From IMG/VR virus record IMGVR_UViG_3300030332_000525, positions 1-27,811 of that record: a stretch of DNA of 27,811 nt. One strand, written 5' to 3'. The notes under the pieces are model-generated. The model did no database searches and had not been told where the DNA came from. It was given only the letters and a program-made list of their open reading frames with translations. Position numbers and translations under genes: made by a program. The stretch comes from a virus (Duplodnaviria; Caudoviricetes). Below are positions 27,280-27,811 of this stretch, one piece after another. Positions within the stretch are counted from its first letter, which is position 1, and every line of letters begins with the position of its first letter.

Positions 27280-27811
27280 TGAGACAAATTTTATTAGCCC
27301 TGTGTATACTTATTACATTTAATGTAAATTCACAAGAAAAAGAAAAGGGAAAATTCTTTAAAGATGTTTATAAAGAATTATTTAAATACAGTACTATTTA
27401 TGTAGCTGGTGATATGCAAAATCCTAAAGAAGAAGCTAAAGATTATTTCGTAAGAACTAATCCCAGCGGTGGATTATATGATATTCCAGTAGTAGAAGAT
27501 GGAACTACTTATCACGAATTTGATTATAGATATGGATTTGGTATCCGCAAATTAGCTAGATATGATTATGAAGTAAAGGGTAAACAATATTATGATGGAA
27601 CTGAAAACAATGTAGGTTTATCTGCTACTAATTCTCCAATTAAGGGATTAGAATATGTATTTCATTGGGAAAAAGAAAGAGAAAGAGATGAATTATATGA
27701 AAATCATAGATACTTTTTAAAACATAGTGGTAAATATCACATGGTAAAAGTTGAAAGTAGAAAGCAAGGGAAAATAGATTTTAATTATCAGTCTGCTGAA
27801 GTAAGAGCTAA
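27279..27811 (+). CDS. Secreted protein, probable outer-membrane beta-barrel (3'-truncated, at least 177 aa)
   Basis: Open to the window end. MRQILLALCILITFNVNS|QEKEKG... is a Sec signal peptide followed by Gln. Alternating aromatic/polar strands: FDYRYGFGIRK, GLEYVFHWEKER, HRYFLKHSG, MVKVESRK, YQSAEVRA. Confidence 0.75.
   Translation, partial: MRQILLALCILITFNVNSQEKEKGKFFKDVYKELFKYSTIYVAGDMQNPKEEAKDYFVRTNPSGGLYDIPVVEDGTTYHEFDYRYGFGIRKLARYDYEVKGKQYYDGTENNVGLSATNSPIKGLEYVFHWEKERERDELYENHRYFLKHSGKYHMVKVESRKQGKIDFNYQSAEVRA

Larger units (their letters stand above)
1..27811 (+). mobile_element. Phage virion morphogenesis module (podovirus-like Caudoviricetes, probable Bacteroidota host, crAss-like/marine flavobacterial gene order)
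   Basis: Co-oriented, near-abutting genes in the order terminase, portal, scaffold, capsid, tail, GNAT, ejection proteins. No tape measure or sheath gene and no host housekeeping genes recognised. Free phage versus prophage cannot be told from this window. Confidence 0.93.

Noticed and set aside
27279-27305. Lipoprotein lipobox LLALC in the last ORF
   Set aside because: Cys is at position 9, too early for a signal peptidase II site; SPI cleavage before Gln19 fits better.
1-27811. Genome-wide stop-codon reassignment as in some crAss-like phages
   Set aside because: All genes, including the 1615-aa and 2759-aa ORFs, are intact under the standard code with near-complete coding density.
1-27811. 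CRISPR arrays, tRNAs, introns/inteins, integrase, diversity-generating retroelement repeats
   Set aside because: No intergenic gap exceeds ~70 nt, and I saw no spaced repeats, cloverleafs, intein motifs or long near-duplicate segments by eye.

Overview
An AT-rich, single-strand (+), densely packed late (virion) gene module from a tailed dsDNA phage with podovirus-like organisation. The host is most likely a Bacteroidota/Flavobacteriia: no Shine-Dalgarno sequences, AT-rich start contexts, and a signal peptide followed by Gln. Gene order resembles crAss-like and marine flavobacterial phages: 5'-truncated terminase large subunit, portal, scaffold-like protein, major capsid protein, a post-capsid protein, two tail ring/adaptor proteins, a tail stabilisation/nozzle protein apparently split in two and carrying inserted beta-domains, a GNAT, two putative ejection proteins, a 2759-aa giant protein, a 29-aa peptide, and a 3'-truncated secreted, probably beta-barrel, protein missing from the ORF track. 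Two things stand out. (1) Short +1-frame genes appear nested inside the scaffold and terminase genes, each coinciding with a sharp GC/GC3 spike; the best is 4441-4587 (MPFKSKKQRQWMWINEPEMARKW...). (2) The giant putative ejection protein contains a sigma70 region-2-like domain, a PD-(D/E)XK nuclease-like domain and a complete HAD phosphatase domain between two membrane-type regions. All assignments come from reading motifs and synteny; no database search was run, and counts were done by hand.
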